The notes under the pieces: model-generated
Told to the model about the DNA's origin: nothing
The model's database searches: none
The model's input: the letters and a program-made list of their open reading frames with translations, nothing else
Shown here: positions 28,312 through 39,016 of the stretch, piece by piece
Layout: every line of letters starts with the position of its first letter
How positions within the stretch are numbered: position 1 is the stretch's first letter
Translations under genes and position numbers: made by a program
From: Ilumatobacteraceae bacterium
GTDB lineage: Bacteria > Actinomycetota > Acidimicrobiia > Acidimicrobiales > Ilumatobacteraceae
Reading direction: 5' to 3'
Assembly: GCA_044237775.1 (NCBI GenBank)
Contig: JBIIEO010000003.1
Span: forward strand, 34,100 to 98,099
Length of the DNA: 64,000 nt

Positions 28312-30273
28312 ATGGGCACGACGGGACACCGCCAGTGGGTCGGCCGTAGCATGACCGATGTGAGCAAACTTCCTCCTCCCCCACCTCCCGCTCCGAAGCG
28401 TTCATCGAAGCGCAGGACGCCATCGTCGCCGTCGAACAAGTCTTCGGGTGAGCGCCAATCGCTTCCTCGCTGGGCCGTGTGGATGCTCGTAGCCGTAGCC
28501 GTCGGCCTCATCATCGGCCCCCGCCTGTGGCCCACCGACACCGCCACCGAGGTGACCTACACCGAGTTTCTCGAGCTCGTGAATGACGGCAAAGTCGACG
28601 CGGTAACAATCAACAACATCAGCAACGTCATCAGCGGCACGCTCGCCGACGGCAGCGAATTCAAGACGACCGGCTCTACGTCGCTGTCCGATGCGGACGA
28701 GCAGTTACTGAAGGCAAAGGGCGTTGACTACGACTACGTGACACCGACGGGCAACTTCTTCACCAATATGTTGCCGCTATTGCTGCCGTTCTTCCTGATC
28801 ATGGGCTTCTTCTTGTGGATGCAGCGACGCGCCATGGGCCAGGCCGGCAACATCATGTCAATCGGGCGCAGCCGTGCCAAGAATTACGACGCCGACAAGC
28901 CAAGCACCACATTCGCCGACGTGGCCGGGTACGCGGGGGTCAAGCAAGAGATCAAAGAAGTCGTCGACTTTCTGCGCATGCCCGAGCGATTCAAAGAGAT
29001 TGGTGCCCGAGTGCCGAAGGGCATTCTGCTCGTGGGCCCTCCGGGAACGGGAAAGACGCTCTTCGCGCGCGCAGTTGCCGGAGAGGCGGGCGTTGGCTTC
29101 CTGTCAGTGACTGGCTCTGACTTCATGGAGATGTTTGTTGGCGTTGGCGCAAGCCGGGTGCGTGACCTGTTCCAGCAAGCCGCCAAGATGGGGCGAGCGA
29201 TCATCTTCATCGACGAAATCGATTCGATCGGCCGCAAGCGAGGCGCTGGCCTTGGCGGTGGCCACGACGAGCGCGAGCAAACGCTGAACCAGATGCTCGC
29301 CGAGATGGACGGCTTCGAAGCCACTGAAGGCATCGTGGTGATGGCGGCCACCAACCGCCCCGACATCCTCGACCCCGCACTGTTGCGTCCGGGCCGCTTT
29401 GACCGACAGATCATCGTCCCACTTCCCGAATCTGACGAGCGCCTGGCAATCCTCAAGGTGCACTCCGCCGGCAAGCGCATGGGTCAAGACGTGGATCTCG
29501 ACACCATGGCGAAGGCCACACCCGGGATGAGCGGCGCCGACCTTGCCAACCTGGTCAACGAGGCCGCGCTCTTTGCCGTGCGCCGAGGTTCGACCCACAT
29601 CGAGCGCATCGACTTCGAAAATGCGCGCGACCGTGTGGTGCTCGGCGCCAGCCGCGAGAGCCTGATCCTCAACGCAGAGGAGAAGCGCGCGACCGCCTAT
29701 CACGAGGGTGGTCATGCCGTGCTTGCCGCAGTCCTTCCCCACTCCGACCCCCTGCACAAGGTGACGATCTTGCCGCGCGGCATGGCGCTTGGTGTGACGT
29801 GGACGTTGCCCGAAGAACGGCACACGTATTCACGCGAATATTTCGAAGACATGATCTGCAAGGCCATGGGTGGACGCGTGGCCGAAAAGATCGTCTTCGG
29901 TCACCTCAACAGTGGCGCCGCAAACGATCTCGAGCAATCCACCAACATTGCTCGACGCATGGTGCGCGAGTGGGGCATGAGCGATGCCGTGGGACCGATG
30001 GCCTTCGCCGGCCAGCAGCAGGTGTTCCTCGGCGAAGATCTCATGACGAGCGGCCGCGAGTACTCCGACGAAATGGCCCGAAAGATCGACGAAGAGATCA
30101 GCCGCATCCTGCACGAGCAGGAACAGCGCGCACACCGAATGCTGGAAAAGCACCGCAAGGGTCTTGACCTCGTGGCGCAGTCACTCCTCGACAACGAGAC
30201 GATTGACGGTGCAATGGTGTCGCGGCTTGTTCAACAGGGACTCGGCGAACCGAGCAACGCTCGACAGTTTTAG
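28312..30273 (+). CDS. ftsH: ATP-dependent zinc metalloprotease FtsH
   Basis: 653 aa. [41 protein letters not shown]. An alternative ATG at 28351 is equally plausible. Confidence 0.95.
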   Translation: MGTTGHRQWVGRSMTDVSKLPPPPPPAPKRSSKRRTPSSPSNKSSGERQSLPRWAVWMLVAVAVGLIIGPRLWPTDTATEVTYTEFLELVNDGKVDAVTINNISNVISGTLADGSEFKTTGSTSLSDADEQLLKAKGVDYDYVTPTGNFFTNMLPLLLPFFLIMGFFLWMQRRAMGQAGNIMSIGRSRAKNYDADKPSTTFADVAGYAGVKQEIKEVVDFLRMPERFKEIGARVPKGILLVGPPGTGKTLFARAVAGEAGVGFLSVTGSDFMEMFVGVGASRVRDLFQQAAKMGRAIIFIDEIDSIGRKRGAGLGGGHDEREQTLNQMLAEMDGFEATEGIVVMAATNRPDILDPALLRPGRFDRQIIVPLPESDERLAILKVHSAGKRMGQDVDLDTMAKATPGMSGADLANLVNEAALFAVRRGSTHIERIDFENARDRVVLGASRESLILNAEEKRATAYHEGGHAVLAAVLPHSDPLHKVTILPRGMALGVTWTLPEERHTYSREYFEDMICKAMGGRVAEKIVFGHLNSGAANDLEQSTNIARRMVREWGMSDAVGPMAFAGQQQVFLGEDLMTSGREYSDEMARKIDEEISRILHEQEQRAHRMLEKHRKGLDLVAQSLLDNETIDGAMVSRLVQQGLGEPSNARQF

Positions 30274-30719
30274 CTCTGCTCAGCGTGGCGGCAGTCGCTG
30301 ACGTCGCCGCCATCGCGCACTCTCGCGAGTCCCGCCCACAGATCGGTCGCACTGACGGGACCGATGAACGACGCGCGCACTACGCCATCCCGATCACTGA
30401 ACAACACTGACGGCACTGCGTCGACGCCGTACTTGTCATGCAATGCGCGCTGCGCGCTGTACTCCACCACCTGCACGGCAACCTGAGGCGACTCAAGCAC
30501 GACGACCTTCCGTTCGATGTCGGCACACGTGTTACACGTTGCCGAGGTGAATGCCAGCACAAGCCATGGCGCTTCTGCGCGCACAAAGTCGTCACGATCA
30601 ACTTGTGACGGCACGGTGTGTCCGACCTGGGTGGGGCCATGGGGTCGGCGGCGTGCAACGACTCGAGAGACCACAATCGCCACTGCCACCACCGCCACAA
30701 CGATCAATACGCGAATCAC
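30270..30719 (-). CDS. Membrane-anchored thioredoxin-fold protein with CxxC
   Basis: 149 aa (GTG start). N-terminal TM (IRVLIVVAVVAVAIVV), then FTSATCNTCAD (CxxC) and a cis-Pro-like DAVPSVLF. The GTG overlaps the upstream gene's stop (GTGA). Confidence 0.6.
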   Translation of the reverse strand: MIRVLIVVAVVAVAIVVSRVVARRRPHGPTQVGHTVPSQVDRDDFVRAEAPWLVLAFTSATCNTCADIERKVVVLESPQVAVQVVEYSAQRALHDKYGVDAVPSVLFSDRDGVVRASFIGPVSATDLWAGLARVRDGGDVSDCRHAEQS

Positions 30720-32263
30720 GGTGCACCTGGTAGCCGATGGGGTAACCCGAGTGCCGTGGTGCGACCCACCAGTTCGCCACCACGACTCAACATGCGCTGC
30801 ACCACTACGGGTTCGCTGGCACGCACGATGAACTCTGCCTGCGGCAACCCTGGCGGCGTTGCGATCACGACAATCCCTGCGGCAGGAACGGTGATCGACT
30901 CAAATCCCACGATCGCCACTGCCCCTGCGGGCCCCACTTGTTCAATCGACACGGTGGCCTCGTCCGGCGTGGCATTTAACACCACGAGGGAGTCGGGCAA
31001 TCCGGGCGTGAAGCCCGAGGGCGCACTCCACACCGTGCTGAGCGCCAACGACGGCGTACCGAGCACAACGGATGTACCGACGGTGTTGCCCACACGGCGA
31101 TTGATGACCTGCTCGACAACGATGCCTGCCGCCGTACCGGTGAGATCATCGACCACCGAGACGTTGATGCCGTAGCGACCCGCAGGAAGACCTGGCAAAA
31201 GCGACGTGTCGACAACGGTGACGCGGCCTGCAGGAGCCGACACCACGAGCGGTTCGATCGCCGTAGCGGGATCATTGCCATTCAGAAACACCACACTCAC
31301 CTGCTGGTCGTCGGCGGCGGGATTGAACATCACCAGCTGTTCGGTAACGCCATCGCCCTTTTCGCCATCGGCAAACCACCAGTCTGTGGCTAGCCCCATT
31401 GACCCGAGGTTCATCACATAACCCAGACGTCCCTGTCCCAAATAGTGCTGCGAGCGGCCCGCGACGATGCGACCCGATGAGGCCCGAACCGCCACTGCGA
31501 GCACTGGTTCGTTCCGCGCACCCTGCGCCCCCATCTGCAACGTCAGCACCGAACGCGGCGGCACAACAAGACCCTGCAAGTTTTGTGGTTCGCGACCCGA
31601 TTCCTTGGTCACGAACGACACGTTGACGACACTGGCGTCGCTAAAGGGATTCGACAGGACGATGTTTTCAATGCTGTCCGCAGCGGTAAAGCCGTCGGCG
31701 AAGTACCACTCAGACGACGTGCGATCCGCACACATAGTTGTCGCATTTCCTGCGGGGTGAGTGATGAATTGCTCAACCGAACCGTTCGCGCCAAAGATCT
31801 CGACGATCGTCGACACGAACGGCGCCTGCAAGCCGCCGTCCGCATCAACCGTCACTGTCGATCGCGCAGGCACCGATACTGTCGACTCGATTGGCTCAAC
31901 GCCGAGACCGTAATGAGTAATGGTTGCCGCTACGTCCTCTTCGCCGCGATTGCCGAGAACGAGCGAACCACTAATCGAGCCATCGTTGGCAGGCACGCCC
32001 GGACAGAACCATGTCGATGCGGCAAATTCAGATCGATTGTCGTCACTCGCGACGGCAATCATTGGGATGGTCGCACGTCCTCTGCCAGCGGATCCTGCAT
32101 CGGGAGACTCGATCAGTGCAACGCCTCCCGTGACGTCATCGCGTGCCGAGTCGTTGGATGGCCGGCGATCGAATACCACCATGCCCACCACGAGCACGAA
32201 TGCGATTAGTGCGACGATGAGCTGTCGCACCGTCAGGTGTGTGCGGGTGCCCAAATCGTTCAT
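30716..32263 (-). CDS. Exported/membrane-anchored beta-rich protein, DUF5719-like
   Basis: Start at ATG 32263 (MNDLGTRTHLTVRQLIVALIAFVLVVG) overlaps the stop of the 1054-aa GT2 fusion (ATGA). One N-terminal TM, then about 480 aa rich in V/G/T/S/A. A partner of large GT2 proteins in Actinomycetota as I recall; family name unverified. Confidence 0.55.
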   Translation of the reverse strand: MNDLGTRTHLTVRQLIVALIAFVLVVGMVVFDRRPSNDSARDDVTGGVALIESPDAGSAGRGRATIPMIAVASDDNRSEFAASTWFCPGVPANDGSISGSLVLGNRGEEDVAATITHYGLGVEPIESTVSVPARSTVTVDADGGLQAPFVSTIVEIFGANGSVEQFITHPAGNATTMCADRTSSEWYFADGFTAADSIENIVLSNPFSDASVVNVSFVTKESGREPQNLQGLVVPPRSVLTLQMGAQGARNEPVLAVAVRASSGRIVAGRSQHYLGQGRLGYVMNLGSMGLATDWWFADGEKGDGVTEQLVMFNPAADDQQVSVVFLNGNDPATAIEPLVVSAPAGRVTVVDTSLLPGLPAGRYGINVSVVDDLTGTAAGIVVEQVINRRVGNTVGTSVVLGTPSLALSTVWSAPSGFTPGLPDSLVVLNATPDEATVSIEQVGPAGAVAIVGFESITVPAAGIVVIATPPGLPQAEFIVRASEPVVVQRMLSRGGELVGRTTALGLPHRLPGAP

Positions 32264-35200
32264 CGTGTGTTGTCCAACCGCAGTATCGGTTGTTCGATGC
32301 CGGCATCGACCAGCGTGACGGCGCCAAGCAACTTGCGACGCCGGAAGCGGCCAATGTCCGTCACCGCAACGATGGCAAGCAACCAGACGATGACCTGGAC
32401 AACGACGAGTGCAGCATGAGTCCACGGCGTCCGAAGATCCACTTCCGCAATGCCCGCAAGTGGCGAGTCGAACGCCGTCGTGCCACCGAATGCCACGCGC
32501 GACTGCACCGCGACGCCGCCGACGTCGAGAGTGAGTCGATCGCTATGCGGTGCCGCGAGATGAATCGTGCCTTCCTCGATAAACGTCGGCTCGCTCGAAG
32601 TGGCTGATGTACGGCGCAACGGGAATTCGCTCACCACGTCGCCGGTTAACAGGACCTCGGTACCCGCCTGCGTGCTCATCACGGCAGAGGGGTCACTCAG
32701 CTTGGCCAGTGACGGAATCCACGCGGTGTTCTCAAAAATCACGAGCTCACTTGAGAAATAGGTGCGGCGGAAATCGAGCTGACTCGACAAGCCCTCAAGG
32801 AATGCCACCACCGACGGATCGGCCTCAACAGTCTCTTCGCTTGGGCGCAACCTGGAATCACCCGGGTTACCCAGCACCACCGCCACGTAGCGCACGGCGA
32901 GAGGAGCCAGCAGCTTGCCACCACGCACCGTTTCGGATCGTGTGATCGCGAGTAGCGCCTCGTCTGCACGATCGAGCAGCACTTCACCGTGCGGTTGCCA
33001 GCGATCCCGAAGTGTGAGTTCGCCATCATCGGCGATGCCGACATACGCCGCATCAACGAGTTGGTGACCGTCAAGGGGCAGTAACTCCGGCCGCCCGACG
33101 AACACGGTGGCGAAGTCGCCCTCTGCCGGGTCGGTGGGAATCTGGGCGAGTAATTGGGCGATTGTGGTCTCCGGCTGCCCCCACCGACCGTCGACGGCCG
33201 CCACCGCAGCGGGGACGATACCGACGAGTGAACAGACCATGCCCAGCACACCAATCGCACGCAACGCACCTGCACGATCGGCGACATCGAGCACCTGGCT
33301 GGCGAGCGCCGACGTGCCGAGGGCAAGACCGAGGCCCACAACGACCAAAAGCGCATCACTTCGCGGCGTAAATGCGGTAACGACATCGCGGTCAATCAGG
33401 AATATCAGCATCAACGCCGGCACGACGAGCATCACCGCACGAATCGCCCATACCGCGCGAACGCCACGCGTCACCAACACGGCAAGCGCCGCGCCAACAT
33501 ACAGCAACAACGCGAATGGTCCGAGGGTGGAATCACCGAAGTCAAATCGAGCGAGGTTGACGAAGCCAACGGGATCGGTGATCTGTGGCGTGCCTGGCAA
33601 CAGTCGGCCCATTGCATCATCAGAAAGGAAGGTGATTAACCACGGCAGGTTCAACACCGCCGCACCCACGATGCCGAGTACTACTAGACGCACCGCAAGC
33701 AGCGATCGAGGCAGCGAAATCCCGGCCATAATCGAGCCAAGTAGCCACGCAACGGCAATCCACGTCGCAATCACCACGAACGACGCCTCGAATGCCACCG
33801 TGAGTGCGAGCAACAATGATGTCGCAGCGACCAGTTTGGTCAGGCGTGCGCCCACCACGCGCTCTTCTGCCAACGTCATCACGCGCACCACCCACGGTGC
33901 AGCCGCATAGGCAATCAACGTTGACCACGCACCACGCGCCAGGGCGTCGTACACCAATGGCAACGCGGCATAGATGACCACGCCGACGATGCGAGCGCGC
34001 ATGCCAAAGACGCGTCCCGTTGCCGTCCATACGCCCACCCATCCCACAACAACAAGCCCGAGCACCGAAAGGGTGTGCAACAGGCCGATCTGTCCAAATG
34101 CAATGACACCTGCGACCGCCATCAGCGCAATGCCTGTGGGCAAGGCCGCCAGCTGACCAAAGCCGGCCTGCCACCAACCGGTGACGTAGTCGGCAAACAG
34201 CGACGCCGGCGCCTCGGAGCCTTCGCGCATCGGCAGGAATTCGCCGATCGGTGCCACACCGCGGGCAAGTATCGCCCGGCTACCCACCACTGCGAACACG
34301 GCGAGGGCCAGCGACACAAGAAACACCACGCGCGTGTGACGGGGATCCAAATCATCAGCGAGTGCCGCAGTGCGCACGAGACGCGAGCGACGCCGGCGTA
34401 CGAACGATGCGATCCGAGCACTACCACGCAATTGCAGGTCGTGTATCTCCCGTGACGGCACGCGTCGATAGACACGTACCGCAGCACGCCTGCGCGCAAT
34501 ACGTCCGATGCCGGCAACTGCGCCGAGTGTTGCGCGAAGCGAGGCCAGGGCTTGGCGCATGCCACCGCCAAAAACGCCGAGGATCACATTCGCGATCGCG
34601 CCCAACAGCATTTGGACAAGTACCAACGGTGTGCGCATCACCCCGGACAAGCTCAAGACCGTGAACACCCGTGTGCGCTCAATAGAGGTGAGCGATGGCA
34701 GCGCGTCGAGGCGAGAGCGGATTGCACCGCGGTGACGGCCGCGAGCAGAAGGAACAACAAGGACGCGGGCACCTGTGAGGTGCGCGCGCCAACACAAGTC
34801 GAGATCTTCACCATAGAAGGGAACATCTCGATCGAACCCGCCGATCTCGCGAAACAAATCGGCGCGAATCAACATGCACGCCGATGGCACGACAAACACG
34901 TCACGCACGGCATCGTGTTGCTCTTGGTCTTTCTCGCCCGACTCGACGACATTGTCAAGCCGACCGAAACGATCGGCATCCAATCCGACCATCTGCACGA
35001 TGCTGGGGTCGTCCCAGTCGACCAATTTCGGCCCTACGACGCCCGCATTCGAGCGATACGTCTCCTCAATCAACCGACTCACTGCATCGGCGTCGAGTGC
35101 GACGTCGTCGTGGAGAAAACAGAAGAAACCCGCGTCACCCTCTACGAGGCGCATCACCTCGTTTGCAACTGGACCAAATCCCGGATTGCCCTGCACTGAA

Positions 35201-35424
35201 CGAACGACAGCCTGCGGCAATGCGGTACGAATACGCGCACCCACTTCCTCGGCACACGCATCGGTCAGAAAAAACAGTGTCTGCAGATTGGGATAGTCCT
35301 GGGCAGCCAATGCCCCCACCACCTCGTCGAACCACGGACCTGGGTCGTGCACGACCATGGTCGCCACCACGGGGGGCGCATCGACGGGCCGCAGGGCGGC
35401 GTGGATCTCTCGGGGCTCAGACAC
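32260..35424 (-). CDS. Family-2 glycosyltransferase fused to a large polytopic membrane domain
   Basis: 1054 aa. N-terminal GT2 domain (TMVVHD..., FLHDD, FGEDLDLCWR), then about 15 hydrophobic helices and a ~350-aa C-terminal soluble domain. Confidence 0.85.
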   Translation of the reverse strand: MSEPREIHAALRPVDAPPVVATMVVHDPGPWFDEVVGALAAQDYPNLQTLFFLTDACAEEVGARIRTALPQAVVRSVQGNPGFGPVANEVMRLVEGDAGFFCFLHDDVALDADAVSRLIEETYRSNAGVVGPKLVDWDDPSIVQMVGLDADRFGRLDNVVESGEKDQEQHDAVRDVFVVPSACMLIRADLFREIGGFDRDVPFYGEDLDLCWRAHLTGARVLVVPSARGRHRGAIRSRLDALPSLTSIERTRVFTVLSLSGVMRTPLVLVQMLLGAIANVILGVFGGGMRQALASLRATLGAVAGIGRIARRRAAVRVYRRVPSREIHDLQLRGSARIASFVRRRRSRLVRTAALADDLDPRHTRVVFLVSLALAVFAVVGSRAILARGVAPIGEFLPMREGSEAPASLFADYVTGWWQAGFGQLAALPTGIALMAVAGVIAFGQIGLLHTLSVLGLVVVGWVGVWTATGRVFGMRARIVGVVIYAALPLVYDALARGAWSTLIAYAAAPWVVRVMTLAEERVVGARLTKLVAATSLLLALTVAFEASFVVIATWIAVAWLLGSIMAGISLPRSLLAVRLVVLGIVGAAVLNLPWLITFLSDDAMGRLLPGTPQITDPVGFVNLARFDFGDSTLGPFALLLYVGAALAVLVTRGVRAVWAIRAVMLVVPALMLIFLIDRDVVTAFTPRSDALLVVVGLGLALGTSALASQVLDVADRAGALRAIGVLGMVCSLVGIVPAAVAAVDGRWGQPETTIAQLLAQIPTDPAEGDFATVFVGRPELLPLDGHQLVDAAYVGIADDGELTLRDRWQPHGEVLLDRADEALLAITRSETVRGGKLLAPLAVRYVAVVLGNPGDSRLRPSEETVEADPSVVAFLEGLSSQLDFRRTYFSSELVIFENTAWIPSLAKLSDPSAVMSTQAGTEVLLTGDVVSEFPLRRTSATSSEPTFIEEGTIHLAAPHSDRLTLDVGGVAVQSRVAFGGTTAFDSPLAGIAEVDLRTPWTHAALVVVQVIVWLLAIVAVTDIGRFRRRKLLGAVTLVDAGIEQPILRLDNTR

Positions 35425-35513
35425 GCTCAGCGAAGGCTAGTTCTGACTTTCCAGACAATGACCTCACCGCTTGGCACGTGTACGTGCGCCCTCGGTAGCC
35501 TCGGCTCCACAAC

Positions 35514-35855
35514 ATGAAGACGTTTCCCTGCCCCACGATCGACTTGTCGAATGTCGACCTGCGTCGATTCGACACGGTACGCGATCTCGCGGGCCGCGTT
35601 GCCGATGCGGTGAGCGATGTCGATGTCGACGAGGCAACACGTATCGCTCGCGAGGCCACCTACACGCTCGTCGGTTTTGGTGTTCTCGCGTTTCAGCGCG
35701 CCCAGGTGCAGCGACGCGCGATCGTCGACTCACTGCAGGAACATGGGCCGACATACGTAGCCACGGTCTCACATCAAGCTGCAGCCGTGTTGGACGAATT
35801 GCGGACACTTGTCGACGTAGTGCGACAACCGCAACGTGCGTCCTCACCTGCCTGA
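35514..35855 (+). CDS. Hypothetical protein
   Basis: 113-aa ORF with GC3-rich codon usage and one central hydrophobic stretch (TYTLVGFGVLAF). No recognisable motif. Confidence 0.4.
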   Translation: MKTFPCPTIDLSNVDLRRFDTVRDLAGRVADAVSDVDVDEATRIAREATYTLVGFGVLAFQRAQVQRRAIVDSLQEHGPTYVATVSHQAAAVLDELRTLVDVVRQPQRASSPA

Positions 35856-35895
35856 CCAGCCCCTCCCCGCCAACATCGTCCTCTAGTGTCGTGCC

Positions 35896-36660
35896 GTGGC
35901 CAATGACCAGGGAGCGCGCAACAACGACTGGTGGCGACCGGAGAATCTGCAACGTGCAGAGGAAATTGCTCGAATGAGTTCGTCGCACGACACGGAAAGT
36001 GATTTTGGGTCCTACGGAGTTTTGGCTCAGGGTGGCGGCCCGGCTAATGCCAGAATTGGCATCCACAACGACGTCCAACCGCTCGCCAAGGTGCGTTCCA
36101 TCGCTCGTCTGCTCGGCCACGCCGACCCACGTTCAATACTCGATGCCGGCTGCGGCGCCGGGTTCACCACCGAGGCACTCACCGCCGTCTATCCCCAAGC
36201 CGATGTGTTGGGCGTCGACCTTGCCGTCGATGCCATCGCGTATGCCGCGCGCACGCATCGCCGCGCGCGATTCCTTGCCGCACCCATCAGCGTGGACCAG
36301 CCGCCGCTTGGATCGTTCGATCTCATTTTCTGTTTCGAGTTCTACCCATTCACGCGCAACACGGACGCCGCGACGCAAGCCAGTTTCATTCGCTACTTCG
36401 TTGAGCAGTTGCAGCCAGGCGGCGCACTCGTGATCTATCAAACCTGGAAGAACATGAATTCGCTCGCATCGTGTTTCGATGCTGTGCGCGCGCTAACCCC
36501 CGAGTTGCACTACGCCAAGCGCCCAACGCCACATGCGCGACTCGCTGCCCGACTTCCCTTCCGCGTCGCTCAGATGCTGTCGTGGACTGCGACCATGTTC
36601 GCCGGCCGCGATTGGCAGAAGCCGATCGTCATCGTTACCCGCGAGGCTCAGTCGTCGTGA
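35896..36660 (+). CDS. Class I SAM-dependent methyltransferase
   Basis: Motif I ILDAGCGAGF, acidic loop VLGVDL, motif post-II DLIFCFE, LQPGGALVI. Start could instead be the internal ATG (MSSSHD). Confidence 0.75.
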   Translation: MANDQGARNNDWWRPENLQRAEEIARMSSSHDTESDFGSYGVLAQGGGPANARIGIHNDVQPLAKVRSIARLLGHADPRSILDAGCGAGFTTEALTAVYPQADVLGVDLAVDAIAYAARTHRRARFLAAPISVDQPPLGSFDLIFCFEFYPFTRNTDAATQASFIRYFVEQLQPGGALVIYQTWKNMNSLASCFDAVRALTPELHYAKRPTPHARLAARLPFRVAQMLSWTATMFAGRDWQKPIVIVTREAQSS

Positions 36661-37970
36661 CACAACCTGCCGCCGAGGGACGCACCCCGCTTCCCGAGGG
36701 CACCGTGGCGGTGGGCATCGGCCTGTTTGTCGCGGGCATATCGGCCTACGTCTTTTTCAAGATCGGCCAGCAAGCACTCGGGCAAGATGGATTCAAGCCG
36801 ATCGTTGCCATGTGGTTCATCATGTTTGCGCTCGCGCCCGGGTTCTTCCTGCCGATCGAACAAGAGGTGTCGCGCGCAATTGCCCATCGTCGTGCCGTTG
36901 GACAAGGCGGAGCGCCGATTGTGCGGCGCGTTGCGCCGCTCGCCGCTGGTCTGCTGGCACTGATCATCGCCGTCATTGTTGTGCTGACGCCGATTATCAA
37001 CGACGATCTCTTCGAGGGGTACGGCGTCGTCACCCTCTGTCTCGTGCTCGGACTGGTGTCCTATGCCCCGCTCCATCTAGCGCGGGGAATCTGCTCCGGC
37101 TCCGGTCGGTTCGGCAGCTATGGACTCATCATCGGCCTCGATGGCGCGGTGCGCGTCATTGGTTGCGCGGCGTTGTGGCTCCTCGGCGTCGACAACGTGG
37201 GCGCATACGCGCTCACCATTGCCGTGTCCCCTGTAGTCGGCGTGCTTGCAGCCTTGCTCGCAGGCAAGCTGCACACCGACCCAGGCCCGCCCGCCTCGTG
37301 GTCTGAAGTGACGCCGAACCTCAGTTGGTTATTGCTCGGATCGCTGTTTGCAGCCGCACTCGTCAATGCCGGGCCGATCACCGTCGACCTGCTGGGCGAC
37401 ACCGCCCCCGCGAATGTGGTGACCCGCTTCGGTAACGCAGTGATCTTTGCTCGCGTACCGCTCTTCCTCTTTCAAGCCGTGCAAGCGGCACTGCTGCCAC
37501 GGCTCGCACGATTGGCCGCGCAACGCGAGTTGGTGGAGTTCCGAATCGGATTACGCCGCCTGCTCATCCTCGTTGTCGGCGTGGGTGTCGCGGGTGTCGT
37601 GGGCGCATACCTCGTGGGGCCGCAGGTACTTGAGTTTGTCTACGAGGGCGGCATCGACAGGCGCACGCTCACGCTGCTGGCATTTGCCAGTGCGTTGTAC
37701 ATGATTGCTGTGGCGATTGCCCAGGCCGTTATTGCCCTACATGGTCATGCACTGGTTGCCATTGGATGGATGGCCGGGTTCGTGACCTACATCGTGCTCG
37801 TCGTGTGGTCGAGTGACGACCTGTACCTGCGCGTGGAGTTGGCGCTTGTAGGCAGTTCGATCGCCGCCCTTGCCGTATTCGCGCTGGCGATTCGCGCCAA
37901 AATGCGCCGTGACGTGGTTGCCGATGGCGAATCGGCAATTGAGGCATTCGCCGAACGACTCCTCGACTAA
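36657..37970 (+). CDS. Polysaccharide flippase-like (MOP/Wzx-type) membrane protein
   Basis: In-frame GTG at 36657 overlaps the methyltransferase stop (GTGA). About 437 aa with 12-14 hydrophobic helices. Architecture and context call. Confidence 0.55.
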   Translation: MTQPAAEGRTPLPEGTVAVGIGLFVAGISAYVFFKIGQQALGQDGFKPIVAMWFIMFALAPGFFLPIEQEVSRAIAHRRAVGQGGAPIVRRVAPLAAGLLALIIAVIVVLTPIINDDLFEGYGVVTLCLVLGLVSYAPLHLARGICSGSGRFGSYGLIIGLDGAVRVIGCAALWLLGVDNVGAYALTIAVSPVVGVLAALLAGKLHTDPGPPASWSEVTPNLSWLLLGSLFAAALVNAGPITVDLLGDTAPANVVTRFGNAVIFARVPLFLFQAVQAALLPRLARLAAQRELVEFRIGLRRLLILVVGVGVAGVVGAYLVGPQVLEFVYEGGIDRRTLTLLAFASALYMIAVAIAQAVIALHGHALVAIGWMAGFVTYIVLVVWSSDDLYLRVELALVGSSIAALAVFALAIRAKMRRDVVADGESAIEAFAERLLD

Positions 37971-37984
37971 CTCGTGAGTGTGAG

Positions 37985-38971
37985 TTACCGCTTCAAGCGG
38001 GCCGACTCGTACGCAAGGTCGTGCTCGACCATCATCGACACCAACTCATCGAAACTCACCTCGGGCTGCCAGCCCAACTGCTCACGGGCCTTGGAGGGAT
38101 CACCGATCAGGAGATCCACTTCGGCCGGCCGAAAGAATTTGGGGTCCTGGCGAACGTACGGCCGCCAATCGCCGAGCCCCACACGTTCAAAGGCGAGCGT
38201 GAGGAACTCCTCCACCGAGTGCGTCTCGCCGGTCGCAATGACGTAGTCGTCGGGCTCGTCCTGCTGCAGCATCATCCACATTGCCTTGACGTAGTCGCCG
38301 GCATAGCCCCAGTCACGCTTGGCGTCGATATTGCCAAGCACCAGTTCCTTTTCGACACCCAACTTGATGCGCGCTGCGGTGTTGGTGATCTTGCGGGTAA
38401 CAAATTCCAGCCCGCGACGTGGGCCCTCGTGGTTAAACAGGATGCCTGAGCAGGCAAACAAGCCATAACTCTCGCGATAGTTCACCGCCAGGTGATGACC
38501 AAACACCTTTGCCACGCCGTAGGGCGAACGCGGATGAAACGGCGTGAGTTCGGTCTGAGGCACTTCGCGTACCTTGCCGAACATCTCGGACGAAGAGGCT
38601 TGATAAAAACGAATCGGATTGTTCTGCGCGCCACCCACCATGCGAATCGCCTCGAGCGCGCGTAACACGCCAAGACCGGTGACGTTTGCGGTCAGTTCGG
38701 CCTGGTTGAACGACATCGCAACAAACGAGATCGCCCCCAAGTTGTAGAACTCATCGGGCTGGGTCTGCTCCAATGCCGACACCAGGCTGGTGAGGTCGGT
38801 GAGATCGCCCGGCACGATTTCAATGAAGGGAAACTCGTCGCGCAACATCTCGGCGCGCGGGTTGTGCTGGCCCTTCATCATGCCGCACACCTTGTAGCCC
38901 TTCCCATGGAGGAACTCGGCCAGATGTCGCCCGTCCTGCCCCGTGACTCCGGTGATGAATGCGGTAGGCAT
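37985..38971 (-). CDS. gmd: GDP-mannose 4,6-dehydratase
   Basis: [63 protein letters not shown]. Start placed at ATG 38971. Confidence 0.95.
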   Translation of the reverse strand: MPTAFITGVTGQDGRHLAEFLHGKGYKVCGMMKGQHNPRAEMLRDEFPFIEIVPGDLTDLTSLVSALEQTQPDEFYNLGAISFVAMSFNQAELTANVTGLGVLRALEAIRMVGGAQNNPIRFYQASSSEMFGKVREVPQTELTPFHPRSPYGVAKVFGHHLAVNYRESYGLFACSGILFNHEGPRRGLEFVTRKITNTAARIKLGVEKELVLGNIDAKRDWGYAGDYVKAMWMMLQQDEPDDYVIATGETHSVEEFLTLAFERVGLGDWRPYVRQDPKFFRPAEVDLLIGDPSKAREQLGWQPEVSFDELVSMMVEHDLAYESARLKR

Positions 38972-39016
38972 GTGGCACACGAATCTACCAGTGGTCCATC
39001 GTTACGCTTCTGATCC

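Noticed and set aside
35464-36120. 218-aa minus-strand ORF spanning the gap between the GT2 fusion and the methyltransferase; also screened as a possible WhiB-like gene.
   Set aside because: Arg/Ser/Pro-rich translation without the four-Cys Wbl motif. It overlaps two plus-strand ORFs that have better codon bias.
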